Assembly (NCBI RefSeq): GCF_009914755.1
Contig: NC_060947.1
Source: the human T2T-CHM13v2.0 reference genome, Homo sapiens
Strand: one strand, 5' to 3'
DNA: 64,000 nt
Shown: in pieces, positions 1 through 17,589 of the stretch
How positions within the stretch are numbered: the first letter of the stretch is position 1
Layout of the letters: the number at the start of each line of letters is the position of its first letter
Notes under the pieces: model-generated
Seen by the model: only the letters and a program-made list of their open reading frames with translations
Database searches by the model: none
What the model was told of the DNA's origin: nothing
Made by a program: the position numbers and the translations under genes

Positions 1-648
<648 letters not shown>

Positions 649-769
649 CTAGAAATACGTGTTAAAAACCACTGAGAGAACTTGGCCATAAACGTCTGTT
701 GCCTTTGCCGTCTCTGGCTGTGGAATCAGTCCAGCTGGTCAACACAGGGGCACTGGAACCTACCTCTGG

Positions 770-880
770 GGGAGCTTCTTCAAATATGGCTTGCAGGAGA
801 TTCCGGCTCAGCAGATGTAGGTGGAGCCCCCAAATTTGCATTTCTAACTATTGCAGGGACCCCACTTTGAGAATCACTGG
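770..880. mobile_element. MER5A-like (hAT-Charlie) DNA transposon fragment
   Basis: aatttgcatttctaac...gggaccccactttgagaatcactgg resembles the MER5A terminus (recalled consensus). Confidence 0.6.
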
Positions 881-949
881 TCAACGTCAACCCTCTCTAT
901 AAGCCTCATAAGAGATGGCACAGACTTAGTGCCCAAGACAACAGCATTC

Positions 950-3150
950 TTCCTGTCTATCACATGGGGGATAAGAATGTGGACAAGTTTGGGGCCATAT
1001 TATTCTGTCTCCCACATGGGATTAGGACGTGGACATCTTTGGGGCCATTATCCTGTCTACCTCATGGGGATTAGGACGTGGACATCTTTGGGGACATTAT
1101 TCTGTCTCCCACATGGGGATTAGGACGTGGACATCTTTGGGGCCATTATTCTGTCTATCACATGGGGATTAGGACGTGGACATCTTTGGGGACATTATTC
1201 TGTCTATCACATGGGGATTAGGACGTGGACATCTTTGGGGACATTATCCTGTCTATCACATGGGGATTAGGACGTGGACATCTTTGGGGACATTATTCTG
1301 TCTCCCACATGGGGATCAGGACGTGGACATCTTTGGGGACATTATTCTGTCTATCACATGGGGATTAGGACGTGGACATCTTTGGGGCCATTATTCTGTC
1401 TATCACATGGGGATTAGGACGTGGACATCTTTGGGGACATTATTCTGTCTATCACATGGGGATTAGGACGTGGACATCTTTGGGGACATTATTCTGTCTA
1501 TCACATGGGGATCAGGACGTGGACATCTTTGGGGACATTATCCTGTCTATCACATGGGGATTAGGACGTGGACATCTTTGGGGCCATTATTCTGTCTCCC
1601 ACATGGGGATTAGGACGTGGACATCTTTGGGGCCATTATTCTGTCTCCCACATGGGGATTAGGACGTGGACATCTTTGGGGACATTATTCTGTCTCCCAC
1701 ATGGGGATTAGGACGTGGACATCTTTGGGGCTGTTATTCTGTCTCCCACATGGGGATTAGGACGTGGACATCTTTGGGGACATTATTCTGTCTATCACAT
1801 GGGGATTAGGACGTGGACATCTTTGGGGCTGTTATTCTGTCTCCCACATGGGGATTAGGACGTGGACATCTTTGGGGACATTATTCTGTCTATCACATGG
1901 GGATTAGGACGTGGACATCTTTGGGGACATTATTCTGTCTCCCACATGGGGATTAGGACGTGGACATCTTTGGGGCTGTTATTCTGTCTATCACATGGGG
2001 ATTAGGACGTGGACATCTTTGGGGCCATTATTCTGTCTATCACATGGGGATTAGGACGTGGACATCTTTGGGGACATTATTCTGTCTATCACATGGGGAT
2101 TAGGACGTGGACATCTTTGGGGACATTATTCTGTCTATCACATGGGGATTAGGACGTGGACATCTTTGGGGACATTATTCTGTCTATCACATGGGGATTA
2201 GGACGTGGACATCTTTGGGGACATTATTCTGTCTCCCACATGGGGATTAGGACGTGGACATCTTTGGGGACATTATTCTGTCTATCACATGGGGATTAGG
2301 ACGTGGACATCTTTGGGGACATTATTCTGTCTATCACATGGGGATTAGGACGTGGACATCTTTGGGGACATTATTCTGTCTATCACATGGGGATTAGGAC
2401 GTGGACATCTTTGGGGACATTATTCTGTCTCCCACATGGGGATTAGGACGTGGACATCTTTGGGGACATTATTCTGTCTATCACATGGGGATTAGGACGT
2501 GGACATCTTTGGGGACATTATTCTGTCTCCCACATGGGGATTAGGACGTGGACATCTTTGGGGCCATTATTCTGTCTATCACATGGGGATTAGGACGTGG
2601 ACATCTTTGGGGACATTATTCTGTCTATCACATGGGGATTAGGACGTGGACATCTTTGGGGACATTATTCTGTCTATCACATGGGGATTAGGACGTGGAC
2701 ATCTTTGGGGACATTATTCTGTCTCCCACATGGGGATTAGGACGTGGACATCTTTGGGGACATTATTCTGTCTATCACATGGGGATTAGGACGTGGACAT
2801 CTTTGGGGCCATTATTCTGTCTATCACATGGGGATTACGACGTGGACATCTTTGGGGACATTATTCTGTCTCCCACATGGGGATTAGGACGTGGACATCT
2901 TTGGGGACATTATTCTGTCTATCACATGGGGATCAGGACGTGGACATCTTTGGGGCCATTATCCTGTCTATCACATGGGGATTAGGACGTGGACATCTTT
3001 GGGGACATTATTCTGTCTATCACATGGGGATTAGGACGTGGACATCTTTGGGGCCATTATTCTGTCTATCACATGGGGATTAGGATGTGGACATCTTTGG
3101 GGACATTATTCTGTCTCCCACACGGTGTTACGACGTGAGCATCTTTGGGG
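950..3150. repeat. 49-bp VNTR, ~45 copies, derived from an MLT1 LTR 5' end
   Basis: Unit ggacgtggacatctttggggacattattctgtctatcacatggggatta repeated with a few variant positions. Confidence 0.95.
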
Positions 3151-3323
3151 TTGTCTACTGCCCACCACGCTTTATAAGCAAAGCTCACCCAATTTCCTTG
3201 TTGGACATGGTGCTTTCAACTCTTAATTCCTGAGATGCGAACCTCTAATAATGTGACTAGGAGGGAGAAACAGGCGGGTGAGGCCCGTGACCGTGTAACC
3301 TCTCCCCACCCTCACCGTTGCAG

Positions 3324-3562
3324 GAGGGTTGTTCGTGGCCGGCATCAACCTCACGGAGAACCTGCAGTACGTTCTGGCGCACCCGTCCGAGTCCCTGGAG
3401 AAGATGACGCTGCCCAACCTTCCGCGGCTGAGCGCGTGGGTCCGAGAGCAGTGCCCGGGGCCGGGTTCACGGTGCACCAACATCATCGCGGGGGACTTCA
3501 TCGGCGCAGACGGCTTCGTCAGTGACGTCATCGCGCTCAATCAGAAGCTGCTGTGGTGCTGA
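3324..3562 (+). CDS. PLCXD1: PI-PLC X domain-containing protein 1, last coding exon
   Basis: Acceptor ccgttgcag|GA at 3323/3324; encodes (G)GLFVAGINLTENLQYVLAHP...NIIAGDFIGADGFVSDVIALNQKLLWC, TGA at 3560-3562. Confidence 0.95.
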
Positions 3563-3705
3563 CGGGACCCTTCTGAAGTTCGGGACGCGGCGGCTGCAGT
3601 TTCACCCCCGAATTTCCAAGTATTGTGACTTTGTTTGGGCCAAATGTTGGTGATCATAGGACCGATGATAATACGTTTTCATTTTCTTTAAAATAGAGAT
3701 GGGGT

Positions 3706-4391
<686 letters not shown>

Positions 4392-4569
4392 TCAAGAACC
4401 ACCATGGCAGCCCATAATATGTTTTCTTATTTCTGTATTCTCCTTGCTGTGGCGTCTGGAGCCCTTACGGACCCAGGGAGACACTATCCTCCCACAGCTC
4501 ACTAATTACTAAACACAGTGACAGCCCACTTAGGAGCCGGCCTCCCCTGTCAGCCAACCCCTCAGCTAG

Positions 4570-7101
<2,532 letters not shown>

Positions 7102-7559
7102 CTATACCTCATTTTCTACATGTCGCTTGTTGGAGCTGCTGGTTCAAGTTCCCAGCCAGCCAATGGATGCCAGCACCATTTTTACTCCCCTTTCCCAAGC
7201 AAATCGTGCATTTTTGTCTAACGAGAGACATCAGTTTCTCAGGATGATCCTCAAGAACGTTATGGAGTCCATGTTGCAATAGGTTCTCTTTGGGACCTAA
7301 TGACTCATTTTCCAAAAATCCGCTTCTACTTTTGGTACCCGGTTGCTACGGTGAAATGAAGGTGCCCCGCATCCAGAAAGACGCACTCCTGGACCACAAC
7401 CGGCGGCTACCTCAGCCCCACGGCTCTGCAGGATCAGGGCTCGGGCAGGCCCCGCGGAGATGAAGAATTTGCAGGGAGCCTCCCTGACTTCCGTCGGCTG
7501 TGAATCCTTGTCTGTCAGGGGCGTATCCACAAAATCACCGAATTCATACAGATCGTTTA

Positions 7560-7565
7560 AATAAA
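7560..7565 (+). terminator. Polyadenylation signal AATAAA (PLCXD1)
   Basis: Canonical hexamer in unique sequence before the next Alu cluster. Confidence 0.7.
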
Positions 7566-7677
7566 TGAACATCATTAAAGTCAAATATGAGTATGAATTT
7601 TATTACCACCAATGCAGCCAAGACACCTCTGGCAGCTTTCAGGATAGCACGCCAGAAGCATCTTTAGAAAATGTTAA

Positions 7678-8750
<1,073 letters not shown>

Positions 8751-8999
8751 TCCTCACGGTCTGGTTTGAAGCTGCTTCTTTAGTAAAACTATTTGCTTTC
8801 CCTTCTACTTTTGTGGAAGGGTTCTCTGTGCTGCCGGGAAACCTGATTTTTCGTCATTTCCCCGACACCACCATGGGAAACGAGACCATCTGTGAACACA
8901 GACAGCCGGGCGGAGGGGCCGTCGGTGCCCACCAGGGCCACGGCTCACGGCAGGTGCAGGAGGAACTGGAAATGCTGCTCACGGAAGTAAAATCAAAGG

Positions 9000-9005
9000 T
9001 TTAAT
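9000..9005 (-). terminator. Polyadenylation signal ATTAAA (GTPBP6)
   Basis: tttaat on + strand, ~300 nt downstream of the GTPBP6 stop. Confidence 0.7.
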
Positions 9006-9302
9006 GTCCTGTTACGGAAACATTCCGAGGGAAAGCAGTTCACAGCAGGCACCGAGGGCCCACTGGAATTGTGTGGATGCTCAGGCTTGGAGTGGACGCT
9101 CGGGCGGCCCGCTTTGGGGCAGGTGCGGCCGTGTCACCGGCCTGCACGGTCATCCCAGCAAATGGCTGGGAGCGAGACGGGTGCAGAACCAGACAAGGAG
9201 GACCCTGCTGCACCTGACACCAAGCTGCCCCCAACACAGCGGTAACGCCTCAGCTCCCCAGGCAGCGATGCCCCCACCCCGCAGGCCTCTGTGGGCGTCC
9301 GT

Positions 9303-9426
9303 TCATCCTGGAAAGAGCTTCCGGAATTTGCCGTAGGCTGAGTTGCTGATGATGACCCTCACGTCGGCCGCCCCGTCCTCAGGGATCACGTCCACCTCCT
9401 GAACTGTGGCCTCCTTATACAGCCAG
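9303..9426 (-). CDS. GTPBP6: GTPBP6 exon 10 (last coding exon)
   Basis: Acceptor cccag|C; WLYKEATVQEVDVIPEDG...GKFRKLFPG-TGA. Confidence 0.95.
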
Positions 9427-9506
9427 CTGGGCACAGATGCGCGTTGTATGGAGACAAGCAGAACCCGTAAGTATTTGCTTAGTTTCATGATAAATAATTA
9501 CGCTAA

Positions 9507-10285
<779 letters not shown>

Positions 10286-10334
10286 TCCAGCTGGAGCTTG
10301 CTTTCTTATTGGTAGGGAGACCTGTACCCCTTGA

Positions 10335-11445
10335 CTGGCAGCACAGATTAGGCACCTGTTGTGCGCACAGTCAGAAATGTATTTTGACTGTCAAGTGCAG
10401 ATTAGGCACCTGTTGTATGCAGTCAGAAATGTACATTTTGACTGTCAAGCGCAGATTAGGCACCTGTTGTATGCAGTCAGAAATGTACATTTTGACTGTC
10501 AGCACAGATTAGGCACCTGTTGTATGCACAGTCAGAAATGTACATTTTGACTGTCAGTGCAGATTAGGCACCTGTTGTATGCACAGAAATGTACATTTTG
10601 GCTGTCAAGCACAGATTAGGCACCTGTTGTATGGTCAGAAATGTACATTTTCACTGTCAGCATAATTAGGCACCTGTTGTATCCACAGTCAGAAATGTAC
10701 ATTGAGTGTCAGCACACATTAGGCACCTGTTGTATGCACAGTCAGAAATGTACATTTTGTCAGCACAGATTAGGCAACTGTTGTATGCAGTCAGAAATGT
10801 ATTTTTACTGTCAAGCACAGATTAGGCACCTGATGTATGCAGTCAGAAATGTACATTTTGACTGTCAGCACAGATTAGGCACCTGTTGTATGCAGTCAGA
10901 AATGTACATTTTGACTGTCAGTGCAGATTAGGCACCTGTTGTATGCACAGAAATGTACATTTTGGCTGTCAAGCACAGATTAGGCACCTGTTGTATGGTC
11001 AGAAATGTACATTTTCACTGTCAGCATAATTAGGCACCTGTTGTATCCACAGTCAGAAATGTATATTTTGAGTGTCAGCACAGATTAGGCACCTGTTGTA
11101 TGCAGTCAGAAATGTACATTTTGACTGTCAGCACAGATTAGGCACCTGTTGTATGCAGTCAGAAATGTACATTTTGACTGTCAGCACAGATTAGGCACCT
11201 GTTGTATGCAGTCAGAAATGTACATTTTGACTGTCAAGCACAGATTAGGCAACTGTTGTATGCAGTCAGAAATGTATTTTTACTGTCAAGCACAGATTAG
11301 GCACCCGTTGTATGCAGTCAGAAATGTACATTTTGACTGTCAGCACAGATTAGGCACCTGTTGTATGCACAGTCACAAATGTAGATTTTGACTCTCAAGC
11401 GCAGATTAGGCACCTCTTGTATGCACAGTCACAAATGTACATTTG
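10335..11445. repeat. ~52-bp VNTR, ~21 copies, with an internal palindrome
   Basis: Unit gcacagattaggcacctgttgtatgcagtcagaaatgtacattttgactgtca. Confidence 0.95.
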
Positions 11446-11588
11446 ATGCAAACCCATTCATCTCGTCTGTACATCCTAAAGCTCTCGGGGATCTCACAGC
11501 TCCTTGTGCACCCACGAAGAGCCCGTTTCAGAGCCAGAGACAGGCATCCAAAGCACCATCCCGTCTCCTGCCCCTGCAGGCCGCTCAC

Positions 11589-11741
11589 CTGAGCTGCGCC
11601 CCTGCGAGCCTCACACGGAGAGTGAGGATCTGTCTCCCCGTCGCCTTCAAAACCGCCGCATCGAGCTCAGCTTTCAGCTCCTGGAGCCCGTGGCCCCGCA
11701 GGGCAGACACGGGCACGACGTTCGGTTCCGTGGGGCTGTAC
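11589..11741 (-). CDS. GTPBP6: GTPBP6 exon 9 (G5 SAL motif)
   Basis: cag|G TAC...CTC AG|gtgag, 153 nt; YSPTEPNVVPVSALRGHGLQELKAELDAAVLKATGRQILTLRVRLAGAQL. Confidence 0.95.
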
Positions 11742-11960
11742 CTGCAAGGGTGGGGATGTCACAGGCCCCGCTCAGCGTCGGGGCGGCCGGACGAAATCAG
11801 GGTCCCCAGGAGTCCACTGCCCACGGGGCACAGTCTGGGGCCACTCCCTGTGTCCTGACTGCCACCGCTGCGGTTCACACGAGGAGACGGGGCATCTCCC
11901 CACCCGGCTCCAGCGCGTGCAGGGGAAGGAGACGCTTGCGGACCCCAGGGCCGGACTCAC

Positions 11961-12109
11961 CCGGGCACGAGGTCCACCTTGTTGTGAACCTCCACCATGG
12001 AGTCCAGGAGCGGGGCGGGCAGCTGCAGGCCACGCAGCGTGGACAGAACGCTGCATTTCTGGAGCTCCGCCTCGGGGTGGCTGACGTCCCTCACGTGCAA
12101 GATGAGATC
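11961..12109 (-). CDS. GTPBP6: GTPBP6 exon 8 (G4 NKVD motif)
   Basis: cag|GAT...GG|gtgagt, 149 nt; DLILHVRDVSHP...VHNKVDLVPG. Confidence 0.95.
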
Positions 12110-12672
12110 CTGTGGGCCGGGCCGTGGGGTCAGAGCTGCGGAGCCTCTGGTCCCTGACCCCAAGCTTGCAGACAGGCCCAGGAGAGGGGCTCACACGAGC
12201 TCCCAACGACAGGCTGGGCATGGGAGGTACGCCTGTGTGCAGGCCCCTCGGACACCCCAGGACGGGGGCTCCTAGACCAACAGTGGACGCGAGCCCACCC
12301 GGCTGCACTTACCCAACCTTCCAAGCCACAGGCAGCAGCTCCGCACCCCCAGACCCACACGCAAGGGGGTGCCATATATGAGCACCCAACCACCACCCAC
12401 CCACCCAGGGGGTCTTCATTCAAAGCTTTAGGGCGGCTTCATCCTCCTGTGAAATGTCTTTTAACAGCGGAATTATTTCCTCTTTAAAGGATGCTTTTTT
12501 TCTCACGTTCAAAAAAAATCTTACAGGCAGGCTCCTTACACAAAATTTGAAAAACACAGGGAAAAAAAAATAAAGCCGTGTGTAATTCTCCAACTTATAC
12601 TACCGGGGTATCCACGTCTACTTTTTGTTTGTTTGGATGCACTTAATACAAATAATATTTTTCCTGTAACTG

Positions 12673-13250
12673 AGGCACTTTGGGAGGTGGCTTGAGCCCA
12701 GAAGTTTGAGACCAGCCTGGGCAAGAGAGTGAGGCCGTTTCTACAGAAAGTACAAAAATTAGCCATGGCCTGGTTGTGCGTGTCTGTGGTCTCAGCTACT
12801 CAGGAGGCTGAGGTGGGAGGATCACTTGAGCCCAGGAGGTCGAGGCTGCAGTGAGCCGAGATCATACCACTGCGGTTCAGTCTGGGTGACAGAGCGAGAC
12901 CCTGTCTCTAAAGAAGAAAAGTAAAAACAAAAAAAATAATTTCATCCCAGGAAAGTTTTACTTTTTTTTTTTTTTTTTTTTTGAGACGAGTCTCGCTCTG
13001 TCACACAGGCTGGAGTGCAGTGGCGCGATCTCAGCTCACTGCAAGCTCCGCCTCCCGGGTTCAGCCATTCTCCTGCCTCAGCCTCTCTTGAGTAGCTGGG
13101 ACTACAGGCACCCGCCACCATGCCTGGCTAATTTTTTATATTTTTAGTAGAGACGGGATTTCGCCGTGGTCTCGATCTCCTGACCTGAAGTGATCCACCC
13201 GCCTCAACCTCCCAAAGTGCTGGGATTGCAGGCGTGAGCCACCACACCCG
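12673..13250. mobile_element. Tail-to-tail Alu pair (AluJ-like +, AluY-like -)
   Basis: Alu consensus, A tail at ~12910-12935 and T tract at 12962-12982. Confidence 0.85.
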
Positions 13251-13559
13251 GTCCATAATTTATTGTCGGGAGGAGTCGAAAGCGGAGTCCAGGCTCCGGG
13301 CGGGGTTCAGTCCCATCTCCTCAAGGAGGTGGCAGCCGCGTCCGTTCTTTGGGACATTTGCTGCTTCTCCCTCAGGGCAAAAAACAAAGCCGTAGCCTGA
13401 ATGTGACAATCTCACACCTTGTTTTCCTGCCTTGTTGCTTGACAATATTTCCCCGTGCTCTTCATGCACTTGGAAAGTCTACGGTACGGATGGAGTGTGC
13501 AGCTCACTCAGCACCCTACGGCCGGGGGCAGTTCCGGAGCCAAACAGCACCCCGCCCCC

Positions 13560-14972
13560 AAATCCACATCCACCAGCAGCCTCAGAATGGGACCCTACCC
13601 AGAATTAAGATCTCTGCGGATGCAGCTGGTGAAGATGAGGTCAGGGTGGAGCAGAGTGGGCCTTAAATCCAACGACCGACCGGTATGTTTACGACAGAAA
13701 GAAAGAGATGTGGGGCAGACACAGAAGAGAAGGGGACCTTGCTTGGAAATGGAGTTTTTGCAGATGTAGTTAAGATGAGGTTACCCTGGATTTATCTAGG
13801 TGGCCCCTAAATGCAATGACAGGTGTCCTAGGAGACACAGACACAGAGAAGGCCACGTGGAGATGGAGGCAGAGACTGGAGTGGTGCGGCCACAAGCCCA
13901 GGGACGCCTGGAGCCCCCAGGAGCTGGGAGAGGCAGGAAGGACCCTCACCTAGAGCCTCCAGAAGGAACTGGATCCAACTGAAGTGAACTGAACTGTGGC
14001 CCCCCACAAAAGACCTGTCCATGTATTGATCATCTGGAACCTGTGAATGGGACATTATTTGGAAACAGGGTCTCTGCAGATGTGATTAAGTGGAAGATCT
14101 GAAATGAGATCATCCTGGATTAGGGTGGACCCTAAATCTAATGACTACTGTCCTTCTAAGAGACAGAAGAGGAGACACAGACACAGAGAAGAAGGCCACA
14201 GACAGAGGCAGAGACTGGAGTGATGCGGCCACAAGCCCAGGGACGCCTGGAGCCCCCAGGAGCTGGGAGAGGCAGGAAGGACCCTCCCCTAGAGCCTCCA
14301 GAAGGAACTGGATCCAACTGAAGTGAACTGAACTGTGGCCCCCCACAAAAGACCTGTCCATGTATTGATCATCTGGAACCTGTGAATGGGACATTATTTG
14401 GAAACAGGGTCTCTGCAGATGTGATTAAGTGGAAGATCTGGAGATGAGATCATCCTGGATTAGGGTGGACCCTAAATCTAATGACAGGTGTCCTTCTAAG
14501 AGACAGAAGAGGAGACACAGACACAGAGGAGGAGGCCACAGACAGAGGCAGAGACTGGAGTGATGCGGCCACAAGCCCAGGGACGCCTGGAGCCCCCAGG
14601 AGCTGGGAGAGGCAGGAAGGACCCTCCCCTAGAGCCTCCAGAAGGAACTGGATCCAACTGAAGTGAACTGAACTGTGGCCCCCCACAAAAGACCTGTCCA
14701 TGTATTGATCATCTGGAACCTGTGAATGGGACATTATTTGGAAACAGGGTCTCTGCAGATGTGATTAAGTGGAAGATCTGAAATGAGATCATCCTGGATT
14801 AGGGTGGACCCTAAATCTAATGACTACTGTCCTTCTAAGAGACAGAAGAGGAGACACAGACACAGAGGAGAAGGCCACAGACAGAGGCAGAGACTGGAGT
14901 GATGCGGCCTCAAGCCCAGGGACGCCTGGAGCCCCCAGGAGCTGGGAGAGGCAGGAAGGACCCTCCCCTAGA
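13560..14972 (+). mobile_element. MLT1 (MaLR) LTR-derived tandem array, 340-bp unit, ~3.5 copies
   Basis: Identical blocks spaced 340 bp apart (e.g. ORFs at 14110 and 14450); acctgtgaat..ttatttggaaa..gggtct.tgcagatgt.attaagt is MLT1B/C-like. Confidence 0.8.
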
Positions 14973-15409
14973 GTCTGTGGTCAGCTCCCGCTTTCTGGAA
15001 CTGTGGTAGAGCTGGTTCCTGTGGTTTCTGGCCCCCATTTGTGGCCCCTTTTGCAGTGACAGCCTCAGGACCCCACAGGTGTTTCCAGGGTCTCGGTGTT
15101 CATCGATCCTCAGGCATCACCGTGCTGTGTCCGCCACTGCCCGCACGTCTGTGACACGAACGGTCACTCTGTCTGTCAGGGGTCTGTGACGTGGAGCAGG
15201 TGCACCCGGGAACACGCTTATGTGTTCAGGCACATAAGCCGGGAGAGGACTGACGGCCGACTTCCTATTTCTACACGGGCTCATGGCGGCAAGAACACGG
15301 CCCTGAGTGTCGGTGAGGCTGGGGCAACCGCTCAGCCTCTCGCCCGGGGACGTGGGAGGCTTGGGGGACACTAAGTCTGAGCCCCAGGAGGCAGTTGTTG
15401 TTCCGGCCC

Positions 15410-15625
15410 CGAGTTGGGTGGGTGTCTGAGGGCCCGGCCCCTGGCTTTGTGTGTGTCTGAGTGCCTGGTCCCCGTGCCCAGTGGGTGTCCGAGGGCCTGG
15501 CCCCTGGGCTGAGTGGGTGTCCGAGGGCCCGGCCCCTGGGCTGAGTGGGTGTCCGAGGGCCCGACCCCTGGCTGTGTGTGTCTGAGTGCCCAGCCCCCGT
15601 GCCGAATGGGTGTCCGAGCACCCGA
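15410..15625. repeat. Degenerate ~30-bp minisatellite
   Basis: gtgggtgtccgagggcccggcccctgggctga repeated. Confidence 0.8.
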
Positions 15626-15647
15626 TCCCCGGCCGTCCCACGCTCAC

Positions 15648-15856
15648 CGAGTGGGCCACGTCTTCCAGGGTGGCGGAGAAGGACTCGATGAGGCCGTGCG
15701 GCAGCTGGGAGAGGAAGCCGATGGTGTCCACGTACAGGACGGTCATGCGTGAGGGCAGCGTGCCCGCGTGGGCCGTGACGTCCAGCGTGGCAAACAGCTG
15801 GTCCCGTGGCTGGATGGCGGCATCGCCCGTCAGTGCCTTGATCAGCGTGGTCTTTC
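15648..15856 (-). CDS. GTPBP6: GTPBP6 exon 7 (end of G1, G2 FATLD, G3 DTIG)
   Basis: tag|GA AAG ACC...TCG|gtgag, 209 nt; KTTLIKALTG...LFATLD...YVDTIGF. Confidence 0.97.
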
Positions 15857-16084
15857 CTAGGAGGGCGTGGAGGTCAGGGCGCTGCAGAGATCCCTGCGTC
15901 CCAACTCCTAGCGCCGCAGCCAGGCCCTCCAAATGGAGACCACGGCACCCTCTGGGGGGCCGCACCCCGGGCTACACGGTCCCTGAGCTCCTCGGGCACC
16001 CCGGGCCAGACCCGACGCGTGGGACAAAGCCACCGTCGCTGTTCTCGGGCCGATGGAGCGGGGCCGCCGTGCGGACACGGGGGA

Positions 16085-16850
16085 GATGGTGGTGTGGACG
16101 GGTGTGCGTGTGAAGGCGTGGATGGGAGTGAGGTCGTCTGTGTAGATTTGGCAATGGCGTAGATGGTGGGATGGTGTAGGTGGGGTGGTGGTGCTGGTGT
16201 GGATGGGAGGATGGTGTAGACACAGGGGAGGTGATGGTGTAGATGGGTGGATATAGATACGGCAGTGGTGCCGGTGTTGACAGAAGGATGGTGTAGACAG
16301 AGGAGAGGCGATGGTGTAGACAGATGGGTGGATTGTATAGACGGGTGGTGGTATAGATGGGGCAGTGGTGCCAGTGTAGACAGGAGGACGGTGCAGACGA
16401 AGGGGACATTGTGGTGTACACGGGTGGATTATGTAGACGGGGTGGTGGTATAGCTGGGGCAGTGGTGCCAGTGTAGACAGGAGGACGGTGCAGACGAAGG
16501 GGACATTGTGGTGTACACGGGTGGATTATGTAGACGGGGTGGTGGTATAGATGGGGCAGTGGTGCCAGTGTAGACAGGAGGACGGTGCAGACGAAGGGGA
16601 CATTGTGGTGTACACGGGTGGATTATGTAGACGGCGTGGTGGTATAGATGGGGTAGTGGTGCTGGTGTAGACAGGAGGATGGTATAGACAGAGGAGAGGT
16701 GATGGTGTAGATGGGTGGATTGTGTAGACAGGGTGGTGGTATAGATAGGGCAGTGGGGATGGTCTAGACAGGAGGACGGTGTAGATGGAGGGGAGGTTGT
16801 GGTATAGACAGGGTGGTAAAGCTCTGGATGGGAGGATGGGGTAGATGACA
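16085..16850. repeat. G/T-rich degenerate repeat with three ~97-bp near-identical units
   Basis: gtgtagacaggaggacggtgcagacgaagggg recurring at ~16374, 16471 and 16568. Confidence 0.8.
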
Positions 16851-17091
16851 TCCTCACCTTGGCTGCTGTACCCCACACAGAGACCACAGGAAACCCGTCT
16901 CCTGGGTGAGCTCTCACAGCAGCTGGTGTACCCCACACGGCGACCATGGGAACCCCCTCTCCTGGGCACGTGCTCACCGCAGCTGTCGTACGGCACCACT
17001 GAGACGACAGGGACCCCCTGCCCTCCCCCGGGCGAGTCCTCACCGGTGACACGGAGACCGCGGAAGGCCCCTCCCCTGGGCGCGTGCTCAC

Positions 17092-17250
17092 CGCAGTTGG
17101 TGTACCCCACCACGGAGATCACGGGGAACTCCCGCCTCGTCCGCTGCCGGCGGAGCAGGTGCCTCTTCTTGCGAAGCCTGTCCAAGGCCTTCCTGATCTT
17201 GGCCTCCTTCTCTCTCAGGAGACGCTGCTGCAGCTGCATGAAGGATTCTC
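17092..17250 (-). CDS. GTPBP6: GTPBP6 exon 6 (helical linker and start of the P-loop GYTNCG)
   Basis: tag|GA GAA...TGC G|gtgag, 159 nt; ESFMQLQQRLLREKE...FPVISVVGYTNC. Confidence 0.97.
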
Positions 17251-17589
17251 CTAAAAGACACCCGAGATGGTGAGGCGGTGAGCCACGCCGGGAAAGGCAC
17301 AAGAGCGGGCGGTGCCGCGGAGGGTCTGCGGGGGCCCGGGGCCTGCTCCCGCTCCAGCATCTGGGGGCCCGGCTGCTTTCCCCAGCAGCGGCCCCGACAC
17401 GTCCTGTTCCATGAGAAAGGGCTCTGCTCCGCGGAACGGGATCTCGCCTCCGGGTGTCCACCCTGTGAGGTCAACGAGGGCTTCCCGTGACTCGGGGAGA
17501 AAGTAAAGGCCAGATCACTACGGAGGCCTCCGAGCGGGACACGGCCCAGGACGTCATCGTGAGCGGGCTCAGTGGGGCCCCTTTCACAT

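Noticed and set aside
950-3150. CRISPR-like periodicity
   Set aside because: No unique spacers, no cas genes, human context; an LTR-derived VNTR.
10335-11445. Palindromic repeat array resembling CRISPR
   Set aside because: Sequence between palindromes is itself repeated, so there are no spacers.
16526-17461. 311-aa ORF as an independent gene
   Set aside because: It is GTPBP6 exon 6 read through into flanking intron repeats; its informative part is reported as the donor ladder.
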